The position numbers and the translations under genes are program-made. The notes beneath the pieces were generated by a model. The model worked only from the letters and a program-made list of their open reading frames with translations, was not told the origin of the DNA and ran no database searches. From NCBI GenBank assembly GCA_041739995.1, contig JBGSMV010000047.1, forward strand, positions 128,001-192,000: a DNA stretch of 64,000 bases. Reading direction: 5' to 3'. How positions within the stretch are numbered: position 1 is the first letter of the stretch; each line of letters opens with the position of its first letter. Positions 1 through 11,964 of the stretch are shown one piece after another. This DNA comes from Bdellovibrionota bacterium (GTDB lineage: Bacteria > Bdellovibrionota_C > UBA2361 > JBGSMV01).

Positions 1-10
1 ACACTCTGCT

Positions 11-2272
11 ATGAACACCTCGAATTCTAAGCCATTTCTGCTGTTGTGCAGGGGCTCGCCTCGACAGTTCGTGCTTGGCGCGCTCGGCGTCCTGCTCGTC
101 GTTCTGGCATTGCGCTTCGAAGTGACTCTAAAGCTCTCGTCTCACGCGCTTGGTGGTGCGGAGAGAGATGCGGCTCTTTACCTCTGGCTCACCGAAGTCT
201 GGGCACGAAACCTTTCGCACTTAGAGCTTGGCTCTGCTTCTTTCTTAAACTTACCCGGATTCTTCCCCTACACACTTACCCTGGCGTGGAGCGACAATTT
301 TTTCCTGCCGAGTCTCTTCTCCGGCCTCCTGCATTCTGTCGGCGTTTCCATTCTTGCCGCTTACAATAGCAGCTTACTATTAGCGATGTTCCTTAACGGC
401 TTTTGCACTTTTGTGCTTTGCTTGCGTCTTTCCGGACACACCGCTGCCTCCTTGCTCGGCGGAATCGCCTGGATGTCTAGTTCATTTTTCAGCGCACACC
501 TTGGGCACCCTCAGCTCCAGTTTGCTTTTTGGTTCCCTCTGGGAACTCTCGCACTTCTTAGAGCGATGAGCTCTCGTGTGGCATGGCGCTGGTCCCTCCC
601 TGGGCTCTGTGTTCTTGGCGCATTTCTGACCACAGTGTACTACGCAGTTTTTTTAAGCTTTCTTCTGTTTCTTATAGCAGGACTTATCTGCTTGCTTCGC
701 CCTGGCGCTCTCATGCCTCTACTTCGCGCTCCCGCGCTAGTGTTCGCGAGCTTACCGCTGTTGGGGCTTGTGCCCCTGGCACTTCCTTATCTTGCCGTAC
801 AAGAAGTCTTTGGTTCGCGATTTCTGCATGAACCTTACTTCTTCTCTGCTTCTGCGCTCTCATACTTTTCTGCGTCGCCCTTTAATCTGCTTTTTGGTTG
901 GACTTCTGACTGGAGCCACTCCGAGGGACATCTGTTGGTTGGTTGGTTATCACCCTTCCTACTGGCCTTCGCTTCGAACCTCGCGTTCAAAACTCGTCAT
1001 CTTCGTTGGCTCCTCACCTTCTTATTGCTTAGCATTGGCTTGTGCGCGGCGTTTTCGGCTCCTGGACTGCTGCCCGGCTACGAAACGTGGTTGGACGCTC
1101 TGTGCGCTGTGGGCACCTGGATTTCGCTTTTTGCGATTATCTGGTTCGTGTGGCGACTTGGATTTCTAGAGCGCCTCTCAGGCGCTGCCATACTAACGAA
1201 CCGGGCCTTGCTGGCACTTTTTCTCGCCGGCGCTCTAATCTGCGTGCTTATATCTTTTGGCCCCCGTGGATATCACGAGTCAGGGGGTCTGCCCGGCTTG
1301 GCACTCTATCGTGCGCTTTACGAAGGTTTTCCTGGCTTTAGTGCGGCGCGCGCCATCGGGCGAATTGGCATTCTTGTTCTCTTTCTAAGCTCGGTCGCCA
1401 CCAGCATCGGCTTAGCCTTGTTACTACGACATTTTGCAATTAAGGGCGCTCAAGCAACTCTGCTGTGCGTGTTACTTTGCGGAGTGGCTGTGATTGAACA
1501 GTTCCACCCTCAATATCCGCTAGAACCTCTTCCCCCCGTTCCTGAAATATTCACCACACTCAAGCAATCTGCTCGCTCCGGAGAGAGTGCGCTGATTCTT
1601 CCTTTCTCCGGAGCGCTAAACTCAAAGAATCAGGTTGCTCGTTGGGGCGAGTTCGCACGACTTCAGGTAAACGCGGTGCGTCATGCTCTGAGCACCGAGG
1701 TGCCGGTCATCAACGGCTACAGCGGGCAACGCTCACGCATAATTTATGACTGGCCTGGAATACTAGCCGATTTCCCCGCGCCTCAATCTCTAAGAGTCGT
1801 GAGCGAAGTCGCGGGACTGCGCTGGATTGTAGTTCTCAACATCGACGACCTGAGTACAAAGGTCGAGCAACGCCTTGAGAAGTTCCCAGGCAAGCTGCGG
1901 GTTGCTCACAAAGATAGCGAGGGAAATCTTCTTCTTGAGTTAATGGGGACTAGAGGCGTTGATGTTCCTGGCGCTCAGCTGTTGGTACCCTCATATCCAA
2001 CGGGCGTACTTACTCTTGAACTCTCTGCTGTCCCGCTCTCACACACCAAAACTCTCTCTATTTCCGTGCACGATCGCGACACTGAAGCGACCGTTGCCGA
2101 GCTCACCGTTCCTGCTGACGGGTCTTGGAGCATGCATTCGTTTCGCGTCGGAAGTTCTCATTTACGCAGCAATCCGCTGCGATTGGAGTTGCGCGTGAAT
2201 GACGATACGTCGCCCAGGGACGTGCTCTTTTCACGCAGAACCCTCTACGAGAGCGGCTCACCAGAAACATGA
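11..2272 (+). CDS. Polytopic membrane protein, YfhO-like / putative GT-C glycosyltransferase
   Basis: 753 aa ORF with more than 10 hydrophobic segments and a soluble C-terminal region. Motifs AWSDN, HLGHPQLQ and PVINGYSG resemble YfhO-like membrane proteins. Confidence 0.55.
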   Translation: MNTSNSKPFLLLCRGSPRQFVLGALGVLLVVLALRFEVTLKLSSHALGGAERDAALYLWLTEVWARNLSHLELGSASFLNLPGFFPYTLTLAWSDNFFLPSLFSGLLHSVGVSILAAYNSSLLLAMFLNGFCTFVLCLRLSGHTAASLLGGIAWMSSSFFSAHLGHPQLQFAFWFPLGTLALLRAMSSRVAWRWSLPGLCVLGAFLTTVYYAVFLSFLLFLIAGLICLLRPGALMPLLRAPALVFASLPLLGLVPLALPYLAVQEVFGSRFLHEPYFFSASALSYFSASPFNLLFGWTSDWSHSEGHLLVGWLSPFLLAFASNLAFKTRHLRWLLTFLLLSIGLCAAFSAPGLLPGYETWLDALCAVGTWISLFAIIWFVWRLGFLERLSGAAILTNRALLALFLAGALICVLISFGPRGYHESGGLPGLALYRALYEGFPGFSAARAIGRIGILVLFLSSVATSIGLALLLRHFAIKGAQATLLCVLLCGVAVIEQFHPQYPLEPLPPVPEIFTTLKQSARSGESALILPFSGALNSKNQVARWGEFARLQVNAVRHALSTEVPVINGYSGQRSRIIYDWPGILADFPAPQSLRVVSEVAGLRWIVVLNIDDLSTKVEQRLEKFPGKLRVAHKDSEGNLLLELMGTRGVDVPGAQLLVPSYPTGVLTLELSAVPLSHTKTLSISVHDRDTEATVAELTVPADGSWSMHSFRVGSSHLRSNPLRLELRVNDDTSPRDVLFSRRTLYESGSPET

Positions 2273-2475
2273 ACCCGCAGCCCCGCATGGCGGCATCCAA
2301 GTTTTTGCCAACTCAGCCCGGTCGCAAATTAGTGCCTTATGCACCGAACCCGGTTCTGTTAGGTTCGATTTCGTGACTTTGAGATTCGAAGTCACGGTTT
2401 TTGCCCGGTAGAGAGCCCCTTCGCTGTGCGATGACTACTCTGCAGATGGCGCTGATTCCCAAGGAGGTTTGCCTG

Positions 2476-3483
2476 ATGAAGAGCAACGCACCTCAAACTA
2501 GTGAAAGGAAGACTAGTGAAAAAAAGCGACGTCTCCTTGCTCAGGCGAACCAGCGCGTGCTCCCCGCCAGAAAACAGCCTCGAGGATCCCCAAGCATGAG
2601 TGCTCGACCGCAGAAAAGGCCCTCTTCAACAAGTACTCTCTCGCTCACGGTTCGTCGGCAAGCTCCCCTTTCTCCTCGCGCACTGCACGATCCTGAATCC
2701 CTCGTAGAGGCACTCGCTCATCCACGATTTGAGGCGCACACCGAGATTGAAGTCCCCTACTTTTCTACCCTTGCCCATCTCAGCTCTATGCTGAAACTAC
2801 AAGAACTTCCCTCTCAACATATATTTCAAGCCTATATCCCTGAGAAAAACTTACACGAGATTCTGCTGCGCCTTGGAAGTGCAAGCGCACTCCTTCCCGC
2901 ACTCGAAGCCTCCATGCTTTCACGCGCGCGCCTGCGCCGCACGATTGACCTCTCTACGGATTCCACATCTTCCTCCCGCTATTATCTTCAATTGAAAACG
3001 GCCAAGGGTGGAGGCCTCTCCCGCACCGAGCTCGGAATAGAAATCCCTGCGGCACGGTTTTTTAAACTACTTCCCCTTGCGACCGCAGGAGCTGTGGAAA
3101 AACTGCGCTACATTCAACGCGGCGAAGTCCGAGCAATAAGGGGAAAGATGCACCTGGCCGAGGCGCATTTTGACGTTCTGTTGAACGCTGGCGCGAATAC
3201 AAAGCTTCAAATGAGCACGCGTCGAAGCGCGGAGCGCTCGCCCTTCTCCTTCATTGACGTAGAACTCCCTTCTGCTCAGCTTATTCCTCTGCTTGCAGAG
3301 CCACGACGACATTCCTTTGCATTTCTCTCCTGTGCCACTCCAGTATTGGACCATGAACGCTGGATTCAGAAAGTTACTGGCACGCGCGCAATTGCGCGAA
3401 ATGGCCTACACGATCGCACTTTTAAAAAGGCGTTGCGTCAGCTCACCGCAGGTCTTCCCGCTCCCTTCTCGCCCTCAAAGTAG
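2476..3483 (+). CDS. Divergent CYTH (triphosphate tunnel metalloenzyme)-like protein with basic N-terminal extension
   Basis: AAGGAGG at 2461-2467 precedes ATG 2476. Motif order EIE..QAY..RLRR..LQLK..RTELGIEI..EKLRY..HFD..IDVEL follows the CYTH pattern. Confidence 0.55.
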   Translation: MKSNAPQTSERKTSEKKRRLLAQANQRVLPARKQPRGSPSMSARPQKRPSSTSTLSLTVRRQAPLSPRALHDPESLVEALAHPRFEAHTEIEVPYFSTLAHLSSMLKLQELPSQHIFQAYIPEKNLHEILLRLGSASALLPALEASMLSRARLRRTIDLSTDSTSSSRYYLQLKTAKGGGLSRTELGIEIPAARFFKLLPLATAGAVEKLRYIQRGEVRAIRGKMHLAEAHFDVLLNAGANTKLQMSTRRSAERSPFSFIDVELPSAQLIPLLAEPRRHSFAFLSCATPVLDHERWIQKVTGTRAIARNGLHDRTFKKALRQLTAGLPAPFSPSK

Positions 3484-3540
3484 CATTTCCGTTAAGCATT
3501 GTTTTTGTGGGAAGCTTGCCAAGCGCAACCGCACCCATTT

Positions 3541-3713
3541 GAGCAGTTGAGCCAAAATAGAGGGGGCAAGTTTGCGCATCCGCTAATGTTTTGAGTATCA
3601 CTGATGTCACCCGTTTGGTGAAAGAGGTTCACGCGTAAACTTGACTGCCTCTATAGTAAAACTGGGCTCTTTTGAGGATCCTAAATGGCGCTACTGACCC
3701 ATTTAGGTTGAAG
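3541..3713 (+). repeat. Dispersed structured element, copy 1 (MITE-like or structured ncRNA)
   Basis: Core 3558-3653 is 79/96 identical, ungapped, to the reverse complement of 61487-61582. Segment 3671-3713 is 36/43 identical to the reverse complement of 61426-61468. Arms are TAGAGGGGGCAAGTTTGCGC and GCGTAAACTTGACTGCCTCTA. Confidence 0.85.
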
Positions 3714-3747
3714 CAACGCTTTGGGAAGACCTTAATAGGTAAGCAAA

Positions 3748-4719
3748 ATGGAATACCGCAGACTCGGCCGCTCGGGCATAAAAATTTCTGAACTCTCATT
3801 TGGTTCCTGGGTTACCTTTGATAAGCAAATAGATCTCGATGGCGCCATGCAGTGTATGCGCGTGGCCTACGAAAGCGGGGTTAATTTTTTTGATAATGCG
3901 GAAGCCTACGCCAGCGGTGAGTCTGAGCACATCATGGGCGAGGCACTAAAGAAGCTGGCCTGGCGCCGCGGCTCTTATCTGGTTTCTACCAAGCTTTTTT
4001 GGGGACTTCACAGCGGGCCAAACGAGAAGAACACTTTGAATCGAAAGTATTTACTTGAGGGCATTTCCGGGTCTCTTGAACGCTTACAGCTCGACTATGT
4101 TGATTTGATTTTCTGCCATCGACCAGACGCCAACACGCCGATTGAAGAAACCGTGTGGGCTATGCACGACATTATTGGAAGAGGACAAGCGCTCTACTGG
4201 GGCACTTCTGAGTGGAGCGCGGAGCAAATACGCGAAGCTTTTGAAGTCGCCAAGCGAATGAACCTGCGAGCTCCGGTGATGGAGCAACCCGAATACAATT
4301 TATTCAAGCGCGCACGGGTTGAATCAGAGTATGTTCCTCTCTTTGAACAGTACGGAATCGGCACAACAACCTGGAGCCCGCTCGCTTCTGGTTTATTGAC
4401 TGGTAAATATGCGAATGGCATTCCCGAAGGTTCTCGTTTCTCCCTTAAGGGCATGAGTTGGTTACAGGAACAGTACGCCTCGCCTGCGTATGCTACGGCC
4501 GTTCGCGATTTGGGTGCTATCGCTTCGTCTCTGGGGTGTTCTCTAGCCCAGCTTTCCATTGCGTGGTGTCTTAAAAATCCACACGTGAGCACGGTGATTC
4601 TTGGGGCAACCTCAGTGAAGCAGTTAACTGAGAATCTCAAGTCCCGCGACTGTGTGGCTCTTCTTAAGCCCGAAGTACTGGCGAAGATCCGTGCCATCCT
4701 TATGAAACACCCACTGTAA
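3748..4719 (+). CDS. Aldo/keto reductase (Kv-beta-like subfamily)
   Basis: [51 protein letters not shown]. Confidence 0.93.
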   Translation: MEYRRLGRSGIKISELSFGSWVTFDKQIDLDGAMQCMRVAYESGVNFFDNAEAYASGESEHIMGEALKKLAWRRGSYLVSTKLFWGLHSGPNEKNTLNRKYLLEGISGSLERLQLDYVDLIFCHRPDANTPIEETVWAMHDIIGRGQALYWGTSEWSAEQIREAFEVAKRMNLRAPVMEQPEYNLFKRARVESEYVPLFEQYGIGTTTWSPLASGLLTGKYANGIPEGSRFSLKGMSWLQEQYASPAYATAVRDLGAIASSLGCSLAQLSIAWCLKNPHVSTVILGATSVKQLTENLKSRDCVALLKPEVLAKIRAILMKHPL

Positions 4720-5141
4720 TGCGCCAGAAATGTTTCGTCTGTGCGTTGGTGGCGGAGACGGATAGAATTATTGCAATACCGCTTAGAGATTCGCGAAGAA
4801 CAGCTTCTTCACTATATATGAGGTCCGCGCTCCGCTGTCCCTGCTTGTGGCTGAAGACCGCGAGGCAGACTTTTTCTTGTTTAAAAAGTTTCTGGCACTG
4901 TCCTCAACAAGCAATACTCTAAACTGGCGCTCGCTGCCCCTCATCTCCGACCCTTGAATGCGGAATCACCCAGCAAAAGATTTATCGAATGTCGCGCGCA
5001 GGCATATCACAAAAGAGGGCACGTGGTTAGCTGAGAATCTGATACTCGGGGATCGGTTCTGATGCTTCATGCGCATCATCCCTGTAGCCAAGAGAGCATT
5101 GTACGGAAACCTCAGCGCCGCTGCCAGTGAGCTCCAAGCTG

Positions 5142-6611
5142 TTAACTAGTCTCGCTACCCATACTCAAACAAGCATTCAGCGCTTCTCTAAGCGCCTTGA
5201 AGAATAGCAGGCTGTGTGCGCGATCTCCGTCTTTTAGTTCCGTAGACATTTCCAAATAGAGCACGCCAACTTTCTCCTTATTGCCGAAAACTCCAGTGAC
5301 ATGCGCGACCTGTTCGCCATTGATAAAAGCGTTCTCTTGAATAATCGGCGTTTGGTAACTCAAAGCTTCCACTACGGGATGAACCGCCCCTCCCATATTC
5401 GAACAGTTAAGCGCCCTGAAGCGATCAATTGAAACAGCTCCGATCCGCAACATCGGCACCGCTTGCAACTTGCGCTGGTCAATTAAGTAAATACATCCTC
5501 GTTCAAACCCAAGAGCGGGAACCACTTGCTCTGCAAACTCTTTGATAGCAAGGGGAGAAGGGCGCCCCGGTGTCACCGATCGATACAGCTGCTTGAAGAT
5601 GTCCGCGATACCTGGGGGACACTTCTGGGCAAACTGATTATTTTCAAACATGCGCAGGCTTAGGTGGGAGATTGCATCCCTGCGTGCGCCTTCTGGATTG
5701 ATTTCACATTTGAAGCCACCGGGAACAAGAACTCCGTAGCCGGCAGAGTATTGCTCCGCCTGTGCTTGAATGAGCGCTTGCCACTCTGGGCCTAGTTGCT
5801 GCTCCAGTTGCGCCGCAACTTTTGGCCAGCTTGCCAGTGCGGCCGGAAAATATTCAGGATCATGGATCTGCGCCATGACCTCTCCGATCTCGCAAAATTG
5901 GCTAAATTTTTCTGCTTGCTTTGACACGGCAATTCCGTTCATTCCACCGTCTTGGCCAAGCACCGCCCGGGTGTCGGGATGTTCGCACCAATCAAGCGCT
6001 GAGCGCGCACCTAACTCAAGCGGCGAATAGCCTAGAGTGCGCAGCAAGAGAGTCTCAAGGTTGCCCTCGCCTTTCCCTGATGAAAGCAGCGCTTTGGTAT
6101 AAATTCGAGGATAATTCCAGGCGACAAGATTCATTCCAAGCTGTCGAACCGTAGCCAGAAGAAAAGCCTGGTGCGCATCGAGCTTTGAGTGGCTCGCAAG
6201 GGTTTCCGCCGTGGCGGCACTCATGAGCGTCTGTCGAAGTCTCATCAGCTGAGTTTTTTGCGTAGGATCTACGGTGTGAACGCCCACCACTTGCTTGGTT
6301 TGGGATAACAAAGCTTCGAACTTTTCAAGCTCAAGCGACATTAGAACTTCAGCAGGTGAGCGATGCTGCACAGGCCCATCAATCACGCTGCCGACTTGGC
6401 GAAGGCAGTAGGTGAAAAGGCCTAGATCTTTCTTGAGATCCGCAAGCAGCAGGTCGTATCGGTTGCTATAGCTACCATCGCGCACGCGATCTTGTACCAG
6501 TGAGAGCACCGCGCCATTAACCGGAAACCATCCGCGCGCCACGTGTACAAGCGCTTCGTCAATTCCTCGGCGCGCTTCCGAGTCTCGCGGAGTTGTTCGT
6601 CCTGTGTTCAT
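5142..6611 (-). CDS. HDOD-like domain protein with C-terminal GAF-like region
   Basis: DLKKDLGLFTYCL and AFLLATVRQLG match HDOD helices (HD position degenerate), with LGYSPLELGA downstream. C-terminal LGFERGCIYL..VGVLYLE is GAF-like. Confidence 0.55.
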   Translation of the reverse strand: MNTGRTTPRDSEARRGIDEALVHVARGWFPVNGAVLSLVQDRVRDGSYSNRYDLLLADLKKDLGLFTYCLRQVGSVIDGPVQHRSPAEVLMSLELEKFEALLSQTKQVVGVHTVDPTQKTQLMRLRQTLMSAATAETLASHSKLDAHQAFLLATVRQLGMNLVAWNYPRIYTKALLSSGKGEGNLETLLLRTLGYSPLELGARSALDWCEHPDTRAVLGQDGGMNGIAVSKQAEKFSQFCEIGEVMAQIHDPEYFPAALASWPKVAAQLEQQLGPEWQALIQAQAEQYSAGYGVLVPGGFKCEINPEGARRDAISHLSLRMFENNQFAQKCPPGIADIFKQLYRSVTPGRPSPLAIKEFAEQVVPALGFERGCIYLIDQRKLQAVPMLRIGAVSIDRFRALNCSNMGGAVHPVVEALSYQTPIIQENAFINGEQVAHVTGVFGNKEKVGVLYLEMSTELKDGDRAHSLLFFKALREALNACLSMGSETS

Positions 6612-6619
6612 GCGAGGGT

Positions 6620-7243
6620 CTACTTATTTGCTGATTCTTTTACAGTTGCTCGCACAGCCACTTTGCCGTCCTTAACAACTACTTTAAAGGTAAGTTTTTT
6701 GTTGCCGTGCTGTTTTTTGTAATCTTGCGCTCTTTTCAAGAGAGATTCCTTAAAGGCTGAGAAATCGACCTTTGCCGCGGTGCCACTCTGCTTTTCCAGC
6801 GCAGAGCGATACGCATCGAATAAGGTCTTCATGCCTTTGTCAGCGGCTCCTTGTGTGGTCTGGGCATAGGCGGCATCGGTTGCTTGGCGATCTCGCAAGT
6901 TGGCCTTGAATACGTCTTTGCTATACGTGCCCTCTTCGCGCTCTCGAAGCACTCTCTGCCAATAGGTGTGAAGAGTTCCGTAGCGCACTTCGAGCGTGCG
7001 TAACCGATAATTGAGCGCTGAATTTTTGAAAGGCGCTTTCCTAAGTACCCGAATTTTTCTCTTCACCTCGGCATGCGGCTTTTCGGGCGCCAGAGGGAGC
7101 AGCCCGGAAAAGTGCTGCTCAAAGAGCACTCGAAGCTCAGACAACATGACATCGAGCTTGTCGAGCTCGGCTCTCAAGTCCAGCCGCTCGCTCAACGCTA
7201 CGGCTGTTGTAGTCTTGGCAGCTCCTGGCTCTTTCTTTACCAT
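6620..7243 (-). CDS. MXAN_5187 C-terminal-domain-like protein
   Basis: LRVLFEQHFSG, YWQRVLREREEGTY and C-terminal FKVVVKDGKVAVRA match my recollection of this family. Confidence 0.65.
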   Translation of the reverse strand: MVKKEPGAAKTTTAVALSERLDLRAELDKLDVMLSELRVLFEQHFSGLLPLAPEKPHAEVKRKIRVLRKAPFKNSALNYRLRTLEVRYGTLHTYWQRVLREREEGTYSKDVFKANLRDRQATDAAYAQTTQGAADKGMKTLFDAYRSALEKQSGTAAKVDFSAFKESLLKRAQDYKKQHGNKKLTFKVVVKDGKVAVRATVKESANK

Positions 7244-7395
7244 TTGATCTTACTATGCTTTTCGCGCTATTTCGGGGCACCAGGACGCGAGACTTTAGTG
7301 CGTACGAAGCGCCTTTCTGGTTTATCGTTTCCTTTTCCTTTTTAGTTAAGGGGTTTATCCCCGCTAGGAAGGGCTTTAGAGGGTGAAAGGCTTAC

Positions 7396-8823
7396 ATGGA
7401 CACTTTGGGCGTTATAGTTCTTGCTGCCGGAATGGGGCGCCGCATCGGGGCGGAGACCCCAAAAGTGCTGCAACGCACCTCTGAGAACTCTCTGATCGGC
7501 CACGTGCTTGGCGAAGTACTTCCGCTCGCCCCCAAGCTGAGCGTGGTCGTTACCGGATTTAAGCGCGAGCTGGTTGAATCGGAAGTATCAACTTCGTTTA
7601 AAACCGAGTGCGCTAAAGGTTCTGTGCGCTTCGCGGTTCAAGAGCAGCAAAAAGGCACCGGGCATGCAGCACTTTGTGCCAAAGAGTCATTTAAAGATTT
7701 TGTCGGTACAGTTCTTATCCTGTGCGGGGATGCTCCATTAATAAAGCGTTCTTCGCTCGAGCGCTTGCTCTCTTTGCATGCTGAACAAAAAGCTACCGTA
7801 TCGATTTTGAGCGCCGAGCTTAATGACCCCGCTTCGTATGGACGAGTCCTCCGAGAGCCTGCAAGTGCCCGAGTGATTGCGATTCGCGAAGCTCGTGACT
7901 GCTCGCCCTCGGAGCTTCTGGTGCGCGAAGTAAACCAGGGCACCTATGCGGTTGATTCCGCTTTTCTTTGGGCGGCATTGGAACGAGTGACAAACACCAA
8001 TGCGCAAGGTGAGTTCTATTTGACCGACATCGTAGAGGCTGCCGTCTCAGAAGGACAAACTGTAGTCGCCATGCCTTTGCATGATGTGCAAGAAGCTTTG
8101 GGGGTAAACGACGCTTATGACCTGTCGCTCATAAATGCTGAATTGAATTCTCGCCGGGTGCATGCGTTACAGCGCAAGGGAGTTTTTATGTTGCAGCCCT
8201 CTTCGGTTTTTATCGACCCAACAGTGAGCGTTAACCTATCGGTAAAGATTGGCCCAAATGTGCAGCTAAAGGGAAATACGCAGCTTTCAGCGGGCGTCGT
8301 GATAGATGGACAGGCCCTCATTACCGATTGTTCAGTTGGCGAGAATGCGCACTTGAAACTTGGGTTGGTGGCTTCTGGAGCGCAGATTGGCCCCGGCGCA
8401 CAGATCGGACCCTTCGCGCACTTACGCGAAGGCACTGAACTCGCGGCCGAGGTGAAAATTGGTAACTTCGTTGAAACTAAGAAGGCCCGCCTTGCGCGCG
8501 GCGTCAAAGCCTCTCACCTTTCGTATCTTGGCGACTGTGAAGTCGGTGAAGACACCAACATTGGGGCCGGCACTATCACCTGCAATTACGATGGTTTTAA
8601 AAAGTCTGTAACGGTACTTGGTCGAGAAGTGTTTATTGGCAGCAACTCCTCTCTGGTTGCGCCCGTGACAGTAGAAGACGGCGCCACGGTCGGCGCAGGC
8701 TCAGTCATCACACAGAAAGTCACGAAAGACTCTCTCGCGCTCACCAGAGCGCCACAGGAGCAAAAAGACGGCTGGTCAAAAAGAAAGCGTGAACTACACG
8801 CTAAGCAGAAAGCTCGTAAGTAA
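7396..8823 (+). CDS. glmU: Bifunctional UDP-GlcNAc pyrophosphorylase / glucosamine-1-phosphate acetyltransferase
   Basis: VLAAGMG, QKGTGHA, NAQGEFYLTD, hexapeptide repeats, IGNFVETK, HLSYLGD, NIGAGTITCNYDG. Confidence 0.97.
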   Translation: MDTLGVIVLAAGMGRRIGAETPKVLQRTSENSLIGHVLGEVLPLAPKLSVVVTGFKRELVESEVSTSFKTECAKGSVRFAVQEQQKGTGHAALCAKESFKDFVGTVLILCGDAPLIKRSSLERLLSLHAEQKATVSILSAELNDPASYGRVLREPASARVIAIREARDCSPSELLVREVNQGTYAVDSAFLWAALERVTNTNAQGEFYLTDIVEAAVSEGQTVVAMPLHDVQEALGVNDAYDLSLINAELNSRRVHALQRKGVFMLQPSSVFIDPTVSVNLSVKIGPNVQLKGNTQLSAGVVIDGQALITDCSVGENAHLKLGLVASGAQIGPGAQIGPFAHLREGTELAAEVKIGNFVETKKARLARGVKASHLSYLGDCEVGEDTNIGAGTITCNYDGFKKSVTVLGREVFIGSNSSLVAPVTVEDGATVGAGSVITQKVTKDSLALTRAPQEQKDGWSKRKRELHAKQKARK

Positions 8824-8842
8824 CTGAGCGCGACAAAAAGAC

Positions 8843-8900
8843 AAAGACAGGGTCCTAGAAAGACAGGGTCCTAGAAAGACAAGGTCCTAGGAGGCAAGGT
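8843..8900. repeat. 16-bp tandem repeat (AAAGACAGGGTCCTAG x3 plus a degenerate partial copy)
   Basis: Units at 8843, 8859 and 8875 read directly from the sequence. Confidence 0.9.
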
Positions 8901-8964
8901 TCCGCCTTCGCTCTCATGTGCCTGTGCACAGTACCTGCGTCCCAGAGCCTATAGTCACAGACTC

Positions 8965-9096
8965 CTAGGAAAGTAGCTTCTTAAGCTTCACGTCCTTGGC
9001 AGCCTGCTCTTTACGCAGCTTGAGCTGTCGACGCTTCAAAAGCTTGGCGTCGCGAGCGTTTCTCTTGTTCCATGAGATTTTGGTTGGTGATGCCAT
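8965..9096 (-). CDS. Small Lys/Arg-rich protein, 43 aa (absent from the ORF track)
   Basis: MASPTKISWNKRNARDAKLLKRRQLKLRKEQAAKDVKLKKLLS*. AGGGG SD-like sequence lies just upstream of ATG 9096. Co-oriented with and downstream of gyrB. Confidence 0.6.
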   Translation of the reverse strand: MASPTKISWNKRNARDAKLLKRRQLKLRKEQAAKDVKLKKLLS

Positions 9097-9256
9097 AACA
9101 AGCCCCTAAAAAATTCTGTAAGCTGTTCTCGCCCTAAACTTCCAAGCGAGCAAACTTCGAAACAAATCGGCAAAACAAACTAGCGCTGCTTCCCGACACT
9201 ACTGCCCGACAACTACTGCCCGGCGCTATATTCAAAGTTGCTTTAGAAACAGCACG

Positions 9257-11875
<2,619 letters not shown>

Positions 11876-11964
11876 CTATCGCGAGAAGGTTCTAGACAAG
11901 CTCTCAGTGATAATTTCCTCAATAGTATAGCCCGGTTAATGAAAAGAGGTAAAGACGCTTTCAG

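Noticed and set aside
3541..3713. Repeat element as an integron attC site or 6S RNA
   Set aside because: No RYYYAAC...GTTRRRY boxes in the required order, no integrase or cassette array, and no recognisable 6S features by eye. An Rfam search is still needed.
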